Shown: positions 25,511 through 36,440 of the stretch, piece after piece
Position numbering within the stretch: position 1 is the stretch's first letter
How the letters are laid out: each line of letters opens with the position of its first letter
Source: an uncultured delta proteobacterium
GTDB taxonomy: Bacteria > Desulfobacterota > Binatia > UBA9968
Length of the DNA: 64,000 nt
Direction: 5' to 3'
NCBI GenBank assembly: GCA_963847445.1
Contig: CAWJZV010000028.1
Span: 32,001-96,000 of the forward strand
Notes under the pieces: model-generated
Seen by the model: only the letters and a program-made list of their open reading frames with translations
Databases searched by the model: none
Told to the model about the DNA's origin: nothing
Translations under genes and position numbers: made by a program

Positions 25511-26433
25511 ATGAAAACTCTGCGCTGCGCGACGAGCTCGGACTCGCAGCCTGGTGTTGGCCGTTTGCTGCCTACTGGTCGGGTCTGCATGCCAACGGCC
25601 AAGACAGACCGTTGCTATCGGACCAGATGGTCGGCCGGGAATTCAGTTACACCGTGCAGCCGGGCGATTCGCTCACCGCCATCGGCGCCAGATTCGGCGT
25701 CGGCTCGAACGTCCTCGCCAGTCGCAACAGCCTCGCGCCCAACGCGCGCTTAAAAGTCGCCCAAGAGTTGAACATCGACAACCGCCATATCGTACCGCAA
25801 GCGATCGACGACGGCATCGTCATCAACTTGCCCCAGCGCATGTTGTTCTTTTTCAAGGAAGGCCAAGCGCTGCGCGCTTATCCGGTTGGCCTCGGCAAGC
25901 AGGATTGGCCGACGCCCAGTGGACGCTTCAAGATCGCCGTCAAAGAGGAGAATCCGGTTTGGGATGTTCCCAAGTCGATCCAGGAGGAAATGCGGCGCGA
26001 GGGCAAAGACGTCCAGACTTGCGTGCCGCCGGGACCGGACAATCCGCTTGGGCAAACACTGGCTCGGCTTGAGCATCGGCGGCTACGGCATTCATGGCAC
26101 CATCGCGCCGTCGAGCATCTATCAATTCCAAACCCATGGCTGCATCCGCCTGCACCCGGACGATGTCGCGGCAACTTTTTGCCGCGGTCGAGCGCGGCAC
26201 GCCGGTGTTGCTGCTCTATCGCCGGCTGCTGCTGGCGCGCATCGGCGCGCGGATTTTCCTCGAAGTGCACCGCGATATCTACGGCAAACAAGCGGGCATC
26301 GAGAAAGAGCTGCGGCAACTGGTCGAAAGTGAAAATCTCGCCGCGCGGGTTGATTGGCGGCTCGCCGACGATATAATCCGTAGACAGCAAGGCATCGCCC
26401 GTGAGATCACCAAGGAAAATTCACCAAACTTAG
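25511..26433 (+). CDS. LysM + L,D-transpeptidase (YkuD/ErfK family); frameshifted
   Basis: YTVQPGDSL (LysM), YPVGLG, PPGPDNPLG and GIHGT...THGCIRL. Confidence 0.9.
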
Positions 26434-26436
26434 ACC

Positions 26437-27040
26437 ATGAAGCAGCCGGACCACATTCGAGACCGCCTTTACCCAAACCAGTAGCGTTGAGACGCCGGAT
26501 CTCAAGCGCCGGCGTTTTTTGCGGCTCAGCATCGCCGCGCTGGCGGCGGCTTCGCTGCCGCGCCAGACTTTCGCTGCGAGTCCGAGCGCCGCTCAGGCCG
26601 AGCGCGCGCTGGCGTTCTACAACACCCATACCGGCGAACGCTTAAAAACCACTTACTGGGAGCAGGGACAATACATCGGCGAGGCGCTCAGCGAGATCAA
26701 TCACGTCTTGCGCGATCATCTGGCTAACGAGACTCGGGAGATCGACCCTAAAATGCTCGACCTACTTTTCGCCATCCGCAGCCAGATGCATAGCCGCGAA
26801 ACATTTCACGTCATTTCCGGCTATCGTTCGAATAAGACCAACGCTTATCTGCGCGCCCACAGCAGCGGCGTCGCCGACAATAGTCTGCATACCGTCGGCA
26901 AGGCCATCGACATCCGTCTCCCCGGCCGTGATCTGCGCTCCCTGCGCAAGGTTGCCGTCGACTTGAAAGGCGGCGGTGTCGGCTTCTATCCGAAATCGGA
27001 TTTCGTCCATGTCGATGTCGGTCACGTGCGCTACTGGTAA
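26437..27040 (+). CDS. YcbK/DUF882 (peptidase M15) protein with probable Tat signal; frameshifted N-terminus
   Basis: SRRRF-like motif, YNTHTGE, ISGYRS, SLHTVGKAID and FVHVDVG. Confidence 0.88.
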
Positions 27041-27180
27041 GAGTTCTCGCGCTGAGGGACTAGGCCGCACAAAGCCGCGGGCGAACTTTTTCTCTTTTGG
27101 ATCACCACCAATGTTTTTCTCGCGGGGGCAATTCCTGTCTCCCCTGCATTTGTGCTGGACGCCTGCGTGAATGACGCAGA

Positions 27181-28188
27181 TCAGCGCGCCGGGATACCGC
27201 CGGGGTAGAGCTGTTTTAACAAACCTTCATCGACGATCTGCTTCATGAACCGGTCGTCGATGAACTCACTGACAAACTGATCGGCGGGCCGGCCGGTGAC
27301 TCCCAGGTGTTCGAGGACGGTCTTGGTGCCTTCGATGCTCGGACGCGGCACCGGCTCCATAAAGCGGGTGTCGGAGTCGTAAGTGTGTTGCAAAATATTC
27401 GGGTCGGAAACTCGAGTGTATTTTTCCAACACCGCCTTCGCCTCATTGGGGCGTCGATGGATATAGGCGATCGCTTCGGTGACGCCGGCAACGAAAGCTC
27501 GCATGCGCCCGGGCTGCTTGGCGATGTACGGCCGCATCGCCGCGCTACAATTGCCGATGTAGGGGATATTCAAGTCACCCAATTCGAGCAACGCTTTAAA
27601 ACCCGCCGCCGCCGCTTGTAAGTCGTTCGGCGCGGTCGTGAAGATCGCCTGCACCCGGCCGTTGACCAGCGCCGCGAATGCCGCGCTGGTTGACCCGCTG
27701 TAGATCAGCGAAACATCCTGACCGGCTTTCAGCCCCTGGCGGGCGAGGAATAGCTTGGCGGCAAAATCGCTGGCCGAACCGGGGTTGGCAACGGCAAATA
27801 CTTTGCCGCGCAGATCCGCGGCTTTTTGAATCGCCGGCACGACCATGATCTTCGAGGTCAGCTTATGCGCCGCGCAAGAAGTGATCGCGACGTCGCCGCC
27901 GCTCAAGCGCATCTGCACCAGCGGCGGACCGGCGGAGAAATAAATCTGGATCTCGCCGGCGAGCAGCGCCGGCCGGCCGGCGGCACGCGGCAAATAGATC
28001 GGCTTGACCTGGATGCCATGCTTGTCGAATAGCTTGGCCTCGGCGCCGATCCACAGCGGCAAGATCGATCCCGACAACGTCCCATGGCCGACCAGCAGGG
28101 TCGGCCGCTCCTGGGCAAGAGCCGCCCCATAGAGCAGCACGGCCAAACCAATAGTCAACAATTTGCTGGCAGCACGCTGGGATTTCAT
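27181..28188 (-). CDS. ABC transporter substrate-binding protein (NMT1/SsuA-like), orphan
   Basis: Signal peptide, LPLWIG, DLRGK...GSASD and FIDDRF; no permease adjacent. Confidence 0.8.
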   Translation of the reverse strand: MKSQRAASKLLTIGLAVLLYGAALAQERPTLLVGHGTLSGSILPLWIGAEAKLFDKHGIQVKPIYLPRAAGRPALLAGEIQIYFSAGPPLVQMRLSGGDVAITSCAAHKLTSKIMVVPAIQKAADLRGKVFAVANPGSASDFAAKLFLARQGLKAGQDVSLIYSGSTSAAFAALVNGRVQAIFTTAPNDLQAAAAGFKALLELGDLNIPYIGNCSAAMRPYIAKQPGRMRAFVAGVTEAIAYIHRRPNEAKAVLEKYTRVSDPNILQHTYDSDTRFMEPVPRPSIEGTKTVLEHLGVTGRPADQFVSEFIDDRFMKQIVDEGLLKQLYPGGIPAR

Positions 28189-28439
28189 GGGTTAGCCTCC
28201 GTCATGTTGCGTTCATCGTCTTAGGAAACTCGCACCGTCGGCGTGATCAAACTAATTTCATAACAGATAGCCTATTGAGAGAGATAGTTTCAATCCTCAC
28301 TCTCCCGATGGAAGAGCGTAACCGTCGGCACGACAAGCCAGTTGCAGCCCGCAAATGCTCCAATCCTGCTCAAGGAATCGAAACCCACGAGCGGCAGCGA
28401 TGAAGATGCAAATCGGCACAGGCCGAGGAGCCAAGCGTC

Positions 28440-28583
28440 GACCGGCAAAGCGCTGGACGCGCTGGACTACCCAACGGTGAGCCAGGCGAGTAACCGGTTA
28501 CGGGAGCTTGTGCGGCGGCATAAGCGGCTTGGCTCGCTTTGTCGGACATTGAAGAGGGCTTACGCCTTAGATAAAGATTTGAG
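28440..28583 (+). pseudogene. Possible C-terminal HTH remnant of a REP-associated (Y1) transposase
   Basis: GKALDALDYPTVSQASNRLRELVRRHKRL resembles the DnaA-C-like HTH tail of these transposases; recalled similarity only. Confidence 0.35.
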
Positions 28584-28884
28584 TCTGCTGCTCCCGACTG
28601 AGCGGACGCTCCCTGATCGGAGCAGATCCCGATTCGAATTTTCTTATTGCTGGACCTGGCTCTCTAAACTTGCAACGGTTTTGTTCTTGTCACGCAGTGG
28701 CGCACCGAATAACCGCCGTCAATTCGACGAAATGGTCGAGCTAAAGTGCGCTTCGCGCCGTCACGCTGTGGTTTCGTTCCTGCAACAATTAACGGAAGGC
28801 TCGTAATCCCATGAGAACAAACAGAATAAGCTATATGTTTCACAACAATCTTCATTGAATTCACGGAGCGCCGTCAATTTTCGT

Positions 28885-28899
28885 TGGCACAACTGTTGC
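28885..28899 (+). promoter_or_regulatory. sigma54 promoter (TGGCAC-AACTG-TTGC)
   Basis: Perfect consensus 55 bp upstream of ATG 28954. Confidence 0.8.
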
Positions 28900-28953
28900 G
28901 GTTATCAGATCCGACTACGTTTATTCAACGACGAAGAAAATGACAGGAGGCGC

Positions 28954-29541
28954 ATGATGAAAACACTTGTTGGTATTTTTAGTTCCCAGGCAAACGCAGC
29001 CCGGGCTTATGGCGATTTACGTTCGCTCAACCTTCACAGAGACGATCTCATTCTACTCTCGCCCGAGCCCTCGTTACAACAAATCGATGCCGTCCCCACG
29101 GAAGATGGCGAGCAGCCGGGCATGGGGAAGGCCCTCGGAGGGGTGGTCGGCGGCGCGATGGGGTTAGCCGCCGGCGCTGCGGTGGCGAGCCTGCTTCTCC
29201 CCGGTGTAGGAGCCGTAATTGCGATCGGTCTGGGAGCAGGGACTCTCGGACTTGGCGGAGCCGTTGCCGGGGCTGCAAGTGGTGGAGCGCTTGAAGAGCT
29301 GCTTACACGCGGCTTGCCGAAAGATGAAATCTACCTCTATGAGGATGCCCTGCGACAAGGCCGCACGGTAATTGTCGTCACTTCCGAAGACGATGATCTA
29401 CTGACCCAAAGCCGGCAACTCATGGAACGCAACGGCGCGGAAAGCCTGGATGCTGCTCGTGAAAAACGGTGGATAGGGCTTCCCGATACGGATGAGGTTC
29501 ATTACGCTGCACCCCAGGAGGCTCGGGACAAACCCCTGTAG
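28954..29541 (+). CDS. General-stress-protein-like membrane protein (Gly-zipper hairpin)
   Basis: AGGAGG RBS; GGVVGG...LLPGVG...GLPKDEIYLYEDALRQG pattern. Confidence 0.75.
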   Translation: MMKTLVGIFSSQANAARAYGDLRSLNLHRDDLILLSPEPSLQQIDAVPTEDGEQPGMGKALGGVVGGAMGLAAGAAVASLLLPGVGAVIAIGLGAGTLGLGGAVAGAASGGALEELLTRGLPKDEIYLYEDALRQGRTVIVVTSEDDDLLTQSRQLMERNGAESLDAAREKRWIGLPDTDEVHYAAPQEARDKPL

Positions 29542-29613
29542 CGATCTGGATTTCAAGCCGCGATGGCACCTGATCAGTAGCCCGTCCCCTTTCACGGATG
29601 CTTTTCTCTTGTC

Positions 29614-29934
29614 TTATTTCACGACCGCAACGACCAAAGCTAGTAGTGCGATTAATCCTACGCCCGCTCCCACCACGGCCAAAATTTTCAGGGATTTTTG
29701 CACGGTTTGAAGAACCGTTTCGATGAGTTTCAGCTTGTCGTTCATCTCCTGATTGACTGCGGCCTGTAATTCTAGCGCCTTCTTTAGATCGTCGAGTTGA
29801 TTCTGAGTCCCAGCTCCGGGTTTTCGAATTGTCTCGACTAATTGGCGAATTTGCTCGATGGAAACATTGACCGCAGGGGTGACAGTCGCTAGTTGTATCA
29901 GCAGTTTAGCGATTGCTGTGATTGGAAACATCAT
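29614..29934 (-). CDS. Hypothetical coiled-coil protein with C-terminal TM anchor
   Basis: Heptad-rich core and hydrophobic C-terminus. Confidence 0.6.
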   Translation of the reverse strand: MMFPITAIAKLLIQLATVTPAVNVSIEQIRQLVETIRKPGAGTQNQLDDLKKALELQAAVNQEMNDKLKLIETVLQTVQKSLKILAVVGAGVGLIALLALVVAVVK

Positions 29935-30036
29935 GACGCTCGTTTCGCCAGTGCGACAATTATAGTTGCCCGATGGAGCCTCTGCAGCTACGCTACTTCG
30001 GCAGTCAGGCACAGCCACTTTCGGCAGCTTAGCGCT

Positions 30037-30204
30037 TCAGCGTTTCGCTCTAGAAACGAGCCAGATGACAAGGCCGAGAATTGCAAAAACCAGAAGCACT
30101 CCGACCCACACTCCGGCCTTAAAAATGGCTGCAACCAGCTCACAGCCAGACAGCGCGACTGAAGAAAAAAGCACACCCACCGACAACCACCACGATTGTT
30201 TCAT
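30037..30204 (-). CDS. Small lipoprotein-like membrane protein
   Basis: GGAGG RBS; LSGC lipobox followed by IFKAGVWVG and a TM helix. Confidence 0.7.
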   Translation of the reverse strand: MKQSWWLSVGVLFSSVALSGCELVAAIFKAGVWVGVLLVFAILGLVIWLVSRAKR

Positions 30205-30548
30205 AGAAGCCCTCCAGGATTCCGATTTAGTGGCTAGTAGTCTAACAAGTAAAACGAACCGGACAAGTAATGTGATTACTGAAACTGAATTGGGCAGGAC
30301 GCGACACGCGCCGCGTAAGGAGGCAGGATTAAATTCACTAGAGCGACGCACAGAAAACCAATCGCCCTGAGAAGGGCTGCTGCAATAACTAAAGATTTTA
30401 CTGAAAGCCCTCACGTTTCCTCCTGGATCAAAACAATTACGGTCTGTGAAATTGGCGCTAGCTCACAGAGAACGCGCAGATACGAGCGGTTTTGAAGCTC
30501 CAACATCTGGCAGAGGGATATTTTTGTGCGCTTCGATAACATTGTGAT

Positions 30549-31080
30549 TCAGTAACTCCAAGTCTCGTGCGCCAGCGGAGCCGCGTTCAATTCAGCGCGC
30601 CGCGATCTCCATTGGGGCAGAAATTTGCTTATCAGCGCGGTGAAGTTGTCGTTATGATGCCGCTCCAACAGGTGGATCAATTCGTGGACGATGATGTATT
30701 CGAGACACTGCACTGGCTTCTTTGCGAGTTCGAGGTTTAGCCAGATGCGGCGGGCTTCAACATTACATGCACCCCACTTCGTCTTCATCTTTTTGATCGC
30801 CCATTGTTTTGCTTGAACACCTAGCTTGGTTTGCCATTTTTCCACGAGCGGCGGGAGCAATTCCTTTAATTGCTGGCGATACCAGTGCTGCAATACCCGT
30901 TCGCGTTGTTCAGGCTTGCTATCTCGCCTCACATAAAGTTCGATCGCCGACTTATTCCGTACAATCACTTTTGCCGGACCGTGGTCCTGGACCACATGGA
31001 GCCGATAACGCTGTCCCAAGAAAAAGTGACTCTCTCCGCTCGCCATCTCACGCGCCGATTGTCGTGGTTGAGCAGCAAAC
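30549..31080 (-). pseudogene. M48/YgjP (DUF45) metallopeptidase, 5'-truncated, abutting the hsdM remnant
   Basis: MKTKWGAC and YIIVHELIH (HExxH); the frame begins at FAAQPRQSAREMASGESH with no N-terminus. Confidence 0.85.
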
Positions 31081-32918
31081 CTTTCCGTATTGCACCGCGA
31101 CTTTCGCTAGCAATGCTTCCTGCGCGGCTTTGACCTTGGCGCTGGTCGCCCCTTCTTTTTCGACGAGAGCAAGATACTCTTTCAGCACTTTGCGCTCGTC
31201 CGCCGCGTCTGCGTCACCCTTGATTTCGTTCAACCGCGCCGCGCCCGACGCTTTGGTGAGCTTGTCCTTGTCGTTCTTCGCCTCTTCCAGCAGTCCTTCC
31301 TCGCCGCTGTTTTCCTCGGCCATTTCTTCCATCGCCTGCTCGATGGCCGCGACTTCGGCTTCCAGTTTGTCGATGGCCGTCTGCTCGGCGGCGAAGTAGC
31401 GTGCGATGACCAACGGCGGCCTTCAGTTGGCTGTAGAGCCGGGGCGGTCCGCCTTCTTGAACAATGTCGCGCGCACGGCGGGAATGACCTGCCAGTAGCG
31501 TTCGAGCGCGTCAATGTCGCGCTCCGGGATGCCGCCGTTCAGATGGCCGTCGATGTCCTGCAAGTCCTCCGGCTCGCTGCTGTCGATGTAGCGCGGCAGG
31601 TTGAGATTGTAATCGTTCTTTGGGTCGCTGATCTCCGCCAGCGAAACCATGCGCGAGTAGCGTTTGATTTCTAGCTGTCGCGTAAAGGTGTCGACGATCT
31701 TGTGGATGTCCTGGGCGCGCAGGCGGTTCTTATTGCCGTCTTTGATGAAGCCCTTTGACGCATCGATCATGAAGATACCCTTGCGGGCGGCGGCGTTTTC
31801 CTTGTCGAGCACGATGATGCACGCGGGAATGCCGGTGCCGTAGAAAAGGTTGGCGGGCAGGCCGATGATGCCTTTGATGTAACCACGGCGTATGACGTTT
31901 TTGCGGATATCGGCCTCTGCCCCGCCACGGAATAAAACTCCGTGCGGCAGATTGACCGCCGCCTTGCCGGTGCTCTTCAGCGTTGTGAGAATATGCAGCA
32001 AGAAGGCAAAGTCGCCGTTCTTCGTCGGCGGTATGCCGAACTCGAAGCGGCCATACTCGTCGTTGGCCGGATTGAAGCCAGTGGTCCACGATTTGAATGA
32101 GAACGGCGGATTGGCAACGATAAAGTCGAAAAGTTTAAGTCGGCCGTCGCGCTCCTTGAAATGCGGACTTGAGAGAACGTTGTCCTGCCAGATTTCCGCC
32201 GTGGACAGCCGTGCAGGATCATATTCATGCGCGCCAAAGCCGCCGTGGCATTATCCATTTCCTGCCCGTAGATGGCGAGGTCGAGACCCGTGCGGCTTTT
32301 GGCTTCGTCGTGGGCCTTGATCAGCAGGGAGGCAGAGCCGCAGGTGAGATCGTGGATGGACTGGTCGTTGGACGTAGCGCTGCCAATACCGATGACTCGC
32401 GACATGATGATGGAAACTTCAGCGGGAGTGTAGAACTGCCCCTTGCTCTTGCCGGATTCGGTGGCGAAGTGGCGCATCAGGTATTCGTAGGCGTCACCGA
32501 GAATGTCGTCGCCCTCGGCGCGGTTGCCGCGAAAATCCAGCGCGGGGTTGTCGAAGATGCCGACCAGGTTCGAGAGGCGATCCACCATCTCCTTGCCCTT
32601 GCCGAGTTTATCTTCGTTATTAAAGTCGGCGACGTCGATGACGCCCTTGAGGTCGTTGGCCTCGGCAAGCTTGGCGATGATCTTGTTCATCTTGTCACCG
32701 ATCTCTTTATCGCCCCTGGCCGCCACCATGTCGGCAAAGCCGCCGCCCTTGGGCACGTCGAGCAGCGCGTCCTTTTGCCCGGCGTACTTGTCGGAAACGT
32801 ATTTCACGAACAGCAAGACCAGCACGTAGTCCTTGTACTGCGACGCATCCATGCCGCCGCGCAGTTCGTCGCAGCTCGCCCAGAGCGAAGAGTAGAGTTC
32901 AGATTTTTTGATGGCCAT
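31081..32918 (-). pseudogene. hsdM: Type I R-M methyltransferase HsdM with frameshift, internal deletion and 3' truncation
   Basis: LWASCDELRGGMD, GQFYTP, VANPPF, LPHGVLFRG; DRPG... jumps straight to PPLVIARYF at about 31420. Confidence 0.88.
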
Positions 32919-33259
32919 GAGCTAAGTGAGTCATTCTAATGGTGAGAGCTTGCGGCAATTACTCTGCGCCTTATAAAAAATCTTTCAACAAGACAGTCGT
33001 AATGACCACGGTTGGTGTTTTCAGCAAACGGTCCGCTCTCAAACCGTTCAAGCCCGGTCCTCCGACTTTGCTTGGCTTCGCTCAGGATAGGCACTCCGGC
33101 TAAGACGTTTTAATAGCGCGGGGAATGGACTCGGCCCAAATTTTCGTCACTCTACTGGAATCGGCGATGTGGCAAGGGTTCTAATAATAACGCTGTTCAA
33201 GGTTCAAGGGTTCAACGTTCAACGACTGATTTGGGCGGGATGAAGGCAAGGATAGGTAC

Positions 33260-33372
33260 GTTCAAAAGCTCAAGGCCAGATCTGCGGGCAAGCTCGCGCG
33301 GCGAGGACCGTTCAAGGGTTCAAAGCTTCAACGAGCTGACTGGCCGATGCCCGTCATCCCGAGTGACCGCGA
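33260..33372 (+). repeat. Direct repeat, copy 1 (about 113 bp)
   Basis: gttcaaaagctcaaggccagatctgcgggca...cttcaacgagctgactggccgatgcccgtcatcccgagtgaccgcga; nearly identical to 34346-34462. Confidence 0.9.
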
Positions 33373-33381
33373 TGCCTCGCT

Positions 33382-33741
33382 TCATGATTTCGCGGACTTG
33401 CGTTTCACCCGGTAGGGCACGGACGACTCCGCGACGCGGCCGCCTCGCGCCTCATCTTCGGATTCAAGAACCACGCGCACCTTTGCGCTCAAGACCTTGG
33501 CCACGCGGCGCAACATGCTCAACGAATGACCTTCGTAAGACGGCGATTCGAGGCGGCTGATCTGTTGCTGGGAAGTCTTGAGTTTGCGCGCGAGGTCCTT
33601 TTGCGAGAGGCCGGCCTTCTCGCGCAGCGCCACAATCTGCAACGCCACATCCCACGCCTCGCCTGCCCGCTTGAACCGTGCCGCGAAATCCGGGTCGCGG
33701 AGTTGCTCTTCCAGAAAAACATCAAAGTTCGTCTTGCTCAT
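33382..33741 (-). CDS. XRE-family HTH antitoxin (HigA-like)
   Basis: LREKAGLSQKDLARKLKTSQQQISRLE; 4-bp overlap with the toxin gene. Confidence 0.88.
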   Translation of the reverse strand: MSKTNFDVFLEEQLRDPDFAARFKRAGEAWDVALQIVALREKAGLSQKDLARKLKTSQQQISRLESPSYEGHSLSMLRRVAKVLSAKVRVVLESEDEARGGRVAESSVPYRVKRKSAKS

Positions 33742-34097
33742 CGCTCATTCCTTTCTTGCCAGTCGCGCATCCGGGCCCGTGCGGTGTCGAGGTCGCGAGC
33801 CGGGATCGCCTGGCCTTTGTTGCGGACGCCGTGAACTGCGACGATGCGCCGGCCTTTCATAAAGAACCACAGCACGCGCGTGTTCAACTTGCCAACGTGG
33901 CGCAATTCAAACAGGCCGTCGTTCAGCGCCTTGGTCAGCGGCTCGCGGTGATACAGGCGATGGCGCAGTTTCTCCAACCCCGCTGTCACCGCTGCAAAGT
34001 CGCCGGGATCGCTGGCCTTGAGTTCCAGCAGAAACTCCCGCACCGGAGATTGTCCGCTGGCACTCATGTAAAACTCTACAGTGAACTCCATAGACAT
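33738..34097 (-). CDS. RelE/ParE-superfamily toxin (HigB/Gp49-like)
   Basis: SGQSPVREFL...GLFELR...RVLWFF...HG; toxin-first gene order. Confidence 0.85.
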   Translation of the reverse strand: MSMEFTVEFYMSASGQSPVREFLLELKASDPGDFAAVTAGLEKLRHRLYHREPLTKALNDGLFELRHVGKLNTRVLWFFMKGRRIVAVHGVRNKGQAIPARDLDTARARMRDWQERNER

Positions 34098-34103
34098 GCA
34101 ACA

Positions 34104-34258
34104 TCAATTTTGGTGTGGTTCTGGCGGGTCCATCTCCGTCCGCTTCACAGCCGCCAAGTCCGCGTCCGAAATGCGGCGGCGCTGGCCGGTGACGCACTCG
34201 TGAATCAGCGACTGGCGGCAGGCGGTGAGTGTGGTGATCGGCAATTCGATGCCGGACA
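34104..34258 (-). pseudogene. C-terminal remnant of type I specificity subunit HsdS
   Basis: IELPITTLTACRQSLIHECVTGQRR matches the HsdS terminal helix pattern; interrupted upstream by a GTTCAA repeat. Confidence 0.6.
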
Positions 34259-34261
34259 TGA

Positions 34262-34305
34262 CGCTCAAATCGTTCAAGCCGTTCAACCGCTTCGCTCCGC
34301 TCAAA
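34262..34305 (-). repeat. Half copy of the nxr-spacer GTTCAA element
   Basis: aatcgttcaagccgttcaaccgcttcgctccgctcaaa is approximately the reverse complement of the right arm (tttgaacggagcgaagcgattgaacggcttgaacgatt). Confidence 0.8.
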
Positions 34306-34345
34306 ATGTTACCTGATTGCCTAAGCCCTGATCAAAGGTTCAACA

Positions 34346-34462
34346 GTTCAAAAGCTCAAGGCCAGATCTGCGGGCAGGCTCGCGCAGCGAAAGCCGTTCA
34401 AATGTTCAAGGGAAGCTTCAACGAGCTGACTGGCCGATGCCCGTCATCCCGAGTGACCGCGA
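34346..34462 (+). repeat. Direct repeat, copy 2 (about 117 bp)
   Basis: See 33260-33372. Confidence 0.9.
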
Positions 34463-34633
34463 GGGATCGCAGAACGATTTCTCCCTGGGGTCGAAATCAC
34501 AGCGAATCCGAACTTGACGTTTTTAGCGTGGCGTAACTAACGGTGGGCGATCAGATCGAGGCCGCGGCAGGCGAAGCAATGATGACAGGTTCGACTTTTC
34601 GCCGTCGCCTGCCGTGGCGCGAGTGGCTGCCGC

Positions 34634-35062
34634 CTATGCCTTGCCATGCGACGGCACCACGAGCACCGGGCATTTCGCCGCGCGCAGCAGTCTATCCGTG
34701 ACGCTGCCGATCAGCATGCGCGACAGGCCGCTGCGGCCATGGGACGACATGACCACCAGATCGATTTGCTCATTCTCGGCGCAGTCGACGATGGCGCTGT
34801 AAGGCTGGCCGGCGACCACCACTTCGCGGAGTTTCACGTCGGCGCCGTGATTGGGAACGGCCTTGGCGACAAACTCGGCGAGCCGCACTTTGTGCGCTTC
34901 GATCTCGCCTTTGCCGACGGTATTGGTTTCATCGAGGACAATGACATTCATGACGATGACCTCGGCCCCGACCTGGCTGGCCAAGAGGCAGGCATAGCGA
35001 ACCCCTTCGCCCGAGAGTTCGGAGAAATCGGTCGGCGCGAGAATCTTTTTCACCACGGCCAT
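34634..35062 (-). CDS. Universal stress protein (UspA family)
   Basis: ILAPTDFS and DLVVMSSHGRSG...IGSVT...CPVLVV. Confidence 0.93.
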   Translation of the reverse strand: MAVVKKILAPTDFSELSGEGVRYACLLASQVGAEVIVMNVIVLDETNTVGKGEIEAHKVRLAEFVAKAVPNHGADVKLREVVVAGQPYSAIVDCAENEQIDLVVMSSHGRSGLSRMLIGSVTDRLLRAAKCPVLVVPSHGKA

Positions 35063-35117
35063 AGCGAACCCCTTTCTACCGTTTAATTCTTATGCTCAAG
35101 CAGCCATTATACCTAGT

Positions 35118-35132
35118 GCAACCGAGATGCCA
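35118..35132 (-). promoter_or_regulatory. sigma54 promoter (TGGCAT-CTCGG-TTGC)
   Basis: Consensus match 56 bp upstream of the USP start. Confidence 0.78.
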
Positions 35133-35434
35133 CCGAAGGCTGCAAAAACCCTTGAAGATTGTCAAAGCTCTTCCCATAGTCGCAAAAAACTACTGGCATA
35201 AAGAGCAAAATTTCTCAAGATTGGCAATCTGTCGGCAAATTGTCGAGTGCCGTGGTTTGAAATTCACCACGGCACAACCAATTCCACCGTGTGATCGTTG
35301 GTGCAAGTAAAAACCCACAGTCTGCCGGAAGTTCTTACGGCGTCGTTCGCCGCGAAACGCCCCGGTTTTTAAAATTCGCTGCGGTAATGGTCGCCCCAAA
35401 TACGAGCGCCGACCCACCGTCGGTGTTCGAGCAG

Positions 35435-36298
35435 TTAGTAGCCTTTTTCCAAGCACCAGTTGGCGATTTCGATGCGCCGGGCAAACCAGACTTTGGCGAA
35501 GCCTTTAGCGTAACGGATAAACTCGTCGACGATCTTAGCCCGAAACGGCACGCCGGAAACGAACGGATGCAGATTGAAGGCAAAAAACTTCGGCGCGCCT
35601 TGTTCGCCTTCCCAATAGAGATAGTCGAATTGATCTTTCATGATTTGCAGCAGATCGCGAGGGGTTCTGCCGGCGCCGTAGGTCGAGTAATCGTTGCAGC
35701 CGGGAACGTTGTAGGGCACGACAACGACTTTTCGTCCGCCTGATTCCACTGTGTACGGATTGTCAGAATTCAACGGATCGGCCCACCAGACAAAGCCGGC
35801 TTCGGCGACCAATTCCAACGTATGCGGCGTCGACGCATGCCCCGGAGAAAGGTATCCGGTGGGCTTTCGGCCCAACACCTTTTCAAAAGCAGCGACGGTT
35901 TTTTGTATCGACTCGCGCTCCTGCTCGCGGGTGTACATGAAGGAATACTCATGTTCGTAGCTTTCCGCGGAGAATTCATGGCCTTGGGCCTGAAACCCTG
36001 TGCATTCCGCGGCAAACTGCTCGACCTTGAGACCGTTCATCAAGAAAGTGACCTTGAGGCCGTGGCGCTCGAACATGTCCATGATGCGCCAGATGCCGAT
36101 GCGGTCGCCGTATTCTCGTTCCGTCACCGCCGCCAGGTTTTTCTTAAACACCGCGTTGGCGGGCGGAATCGTATGGGTGCCGTGGCGCTGTAGCGACTCG
36201 CGAGTGGCGAAATTCTCCGGCCACACTTCCCAGGGGATGATAAAGGTAACGCAAATATTGGCCTTATCCGGCCATTCGATGATTTTTGGTCTCGGCAT
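35435..36298 (-). CDS. Polysaccharide deacetylase family (PuuE/allantoinase-like) protein
   Basis: EYGDRIGIWRI, GHEF, GYLSP, LHPFVSG and VWFARRIEIA. Confidence 0.82.
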   Translation of the reverse strand: MPRPKIIEWPDKANICVTFIIPWEVWPENFATRESLQRHGTHTIPPANAVFKKNLAAVTEREYGDRIGIWRIMDMFERHGLKVTFLMNGLKVEQFAAECTGFQAQGHEFSAESYEHEYSFMYTREQERESIQKTVAAFEKVLGRKPTGYLSPGHASTPHTLELVAEAGFVWWADPLNSDNPYTVESGGRKVVVVPYNVPGCNDYSTYGAGRTPRDLLQIMKDQFDYLYWEGEQGAPKFFAFNLHPFVSGVPFRAKIVDEFIRYAKGFAKVWFARRIEIANWCLEKGY

Positions 36299-36440
36299 GA
36301 AGCTCTCCTTTGCGGACTTTACGTTAACAAGATTTAACCTTTTTCATCTGCCGGCGGCGCAGCTGATCGACCAGCGAGAGGCGCCAAGGTAAATCAGCTC
36401 ACGTGTTCTTCACGCATTAACCATGACAGGAAGCCGGAAA

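Noticed and set aside
28342-28806. 154-aa ORF as an intact gene
   Set aside because: TTG start without RBS; only a short internal segment looks protein-like.
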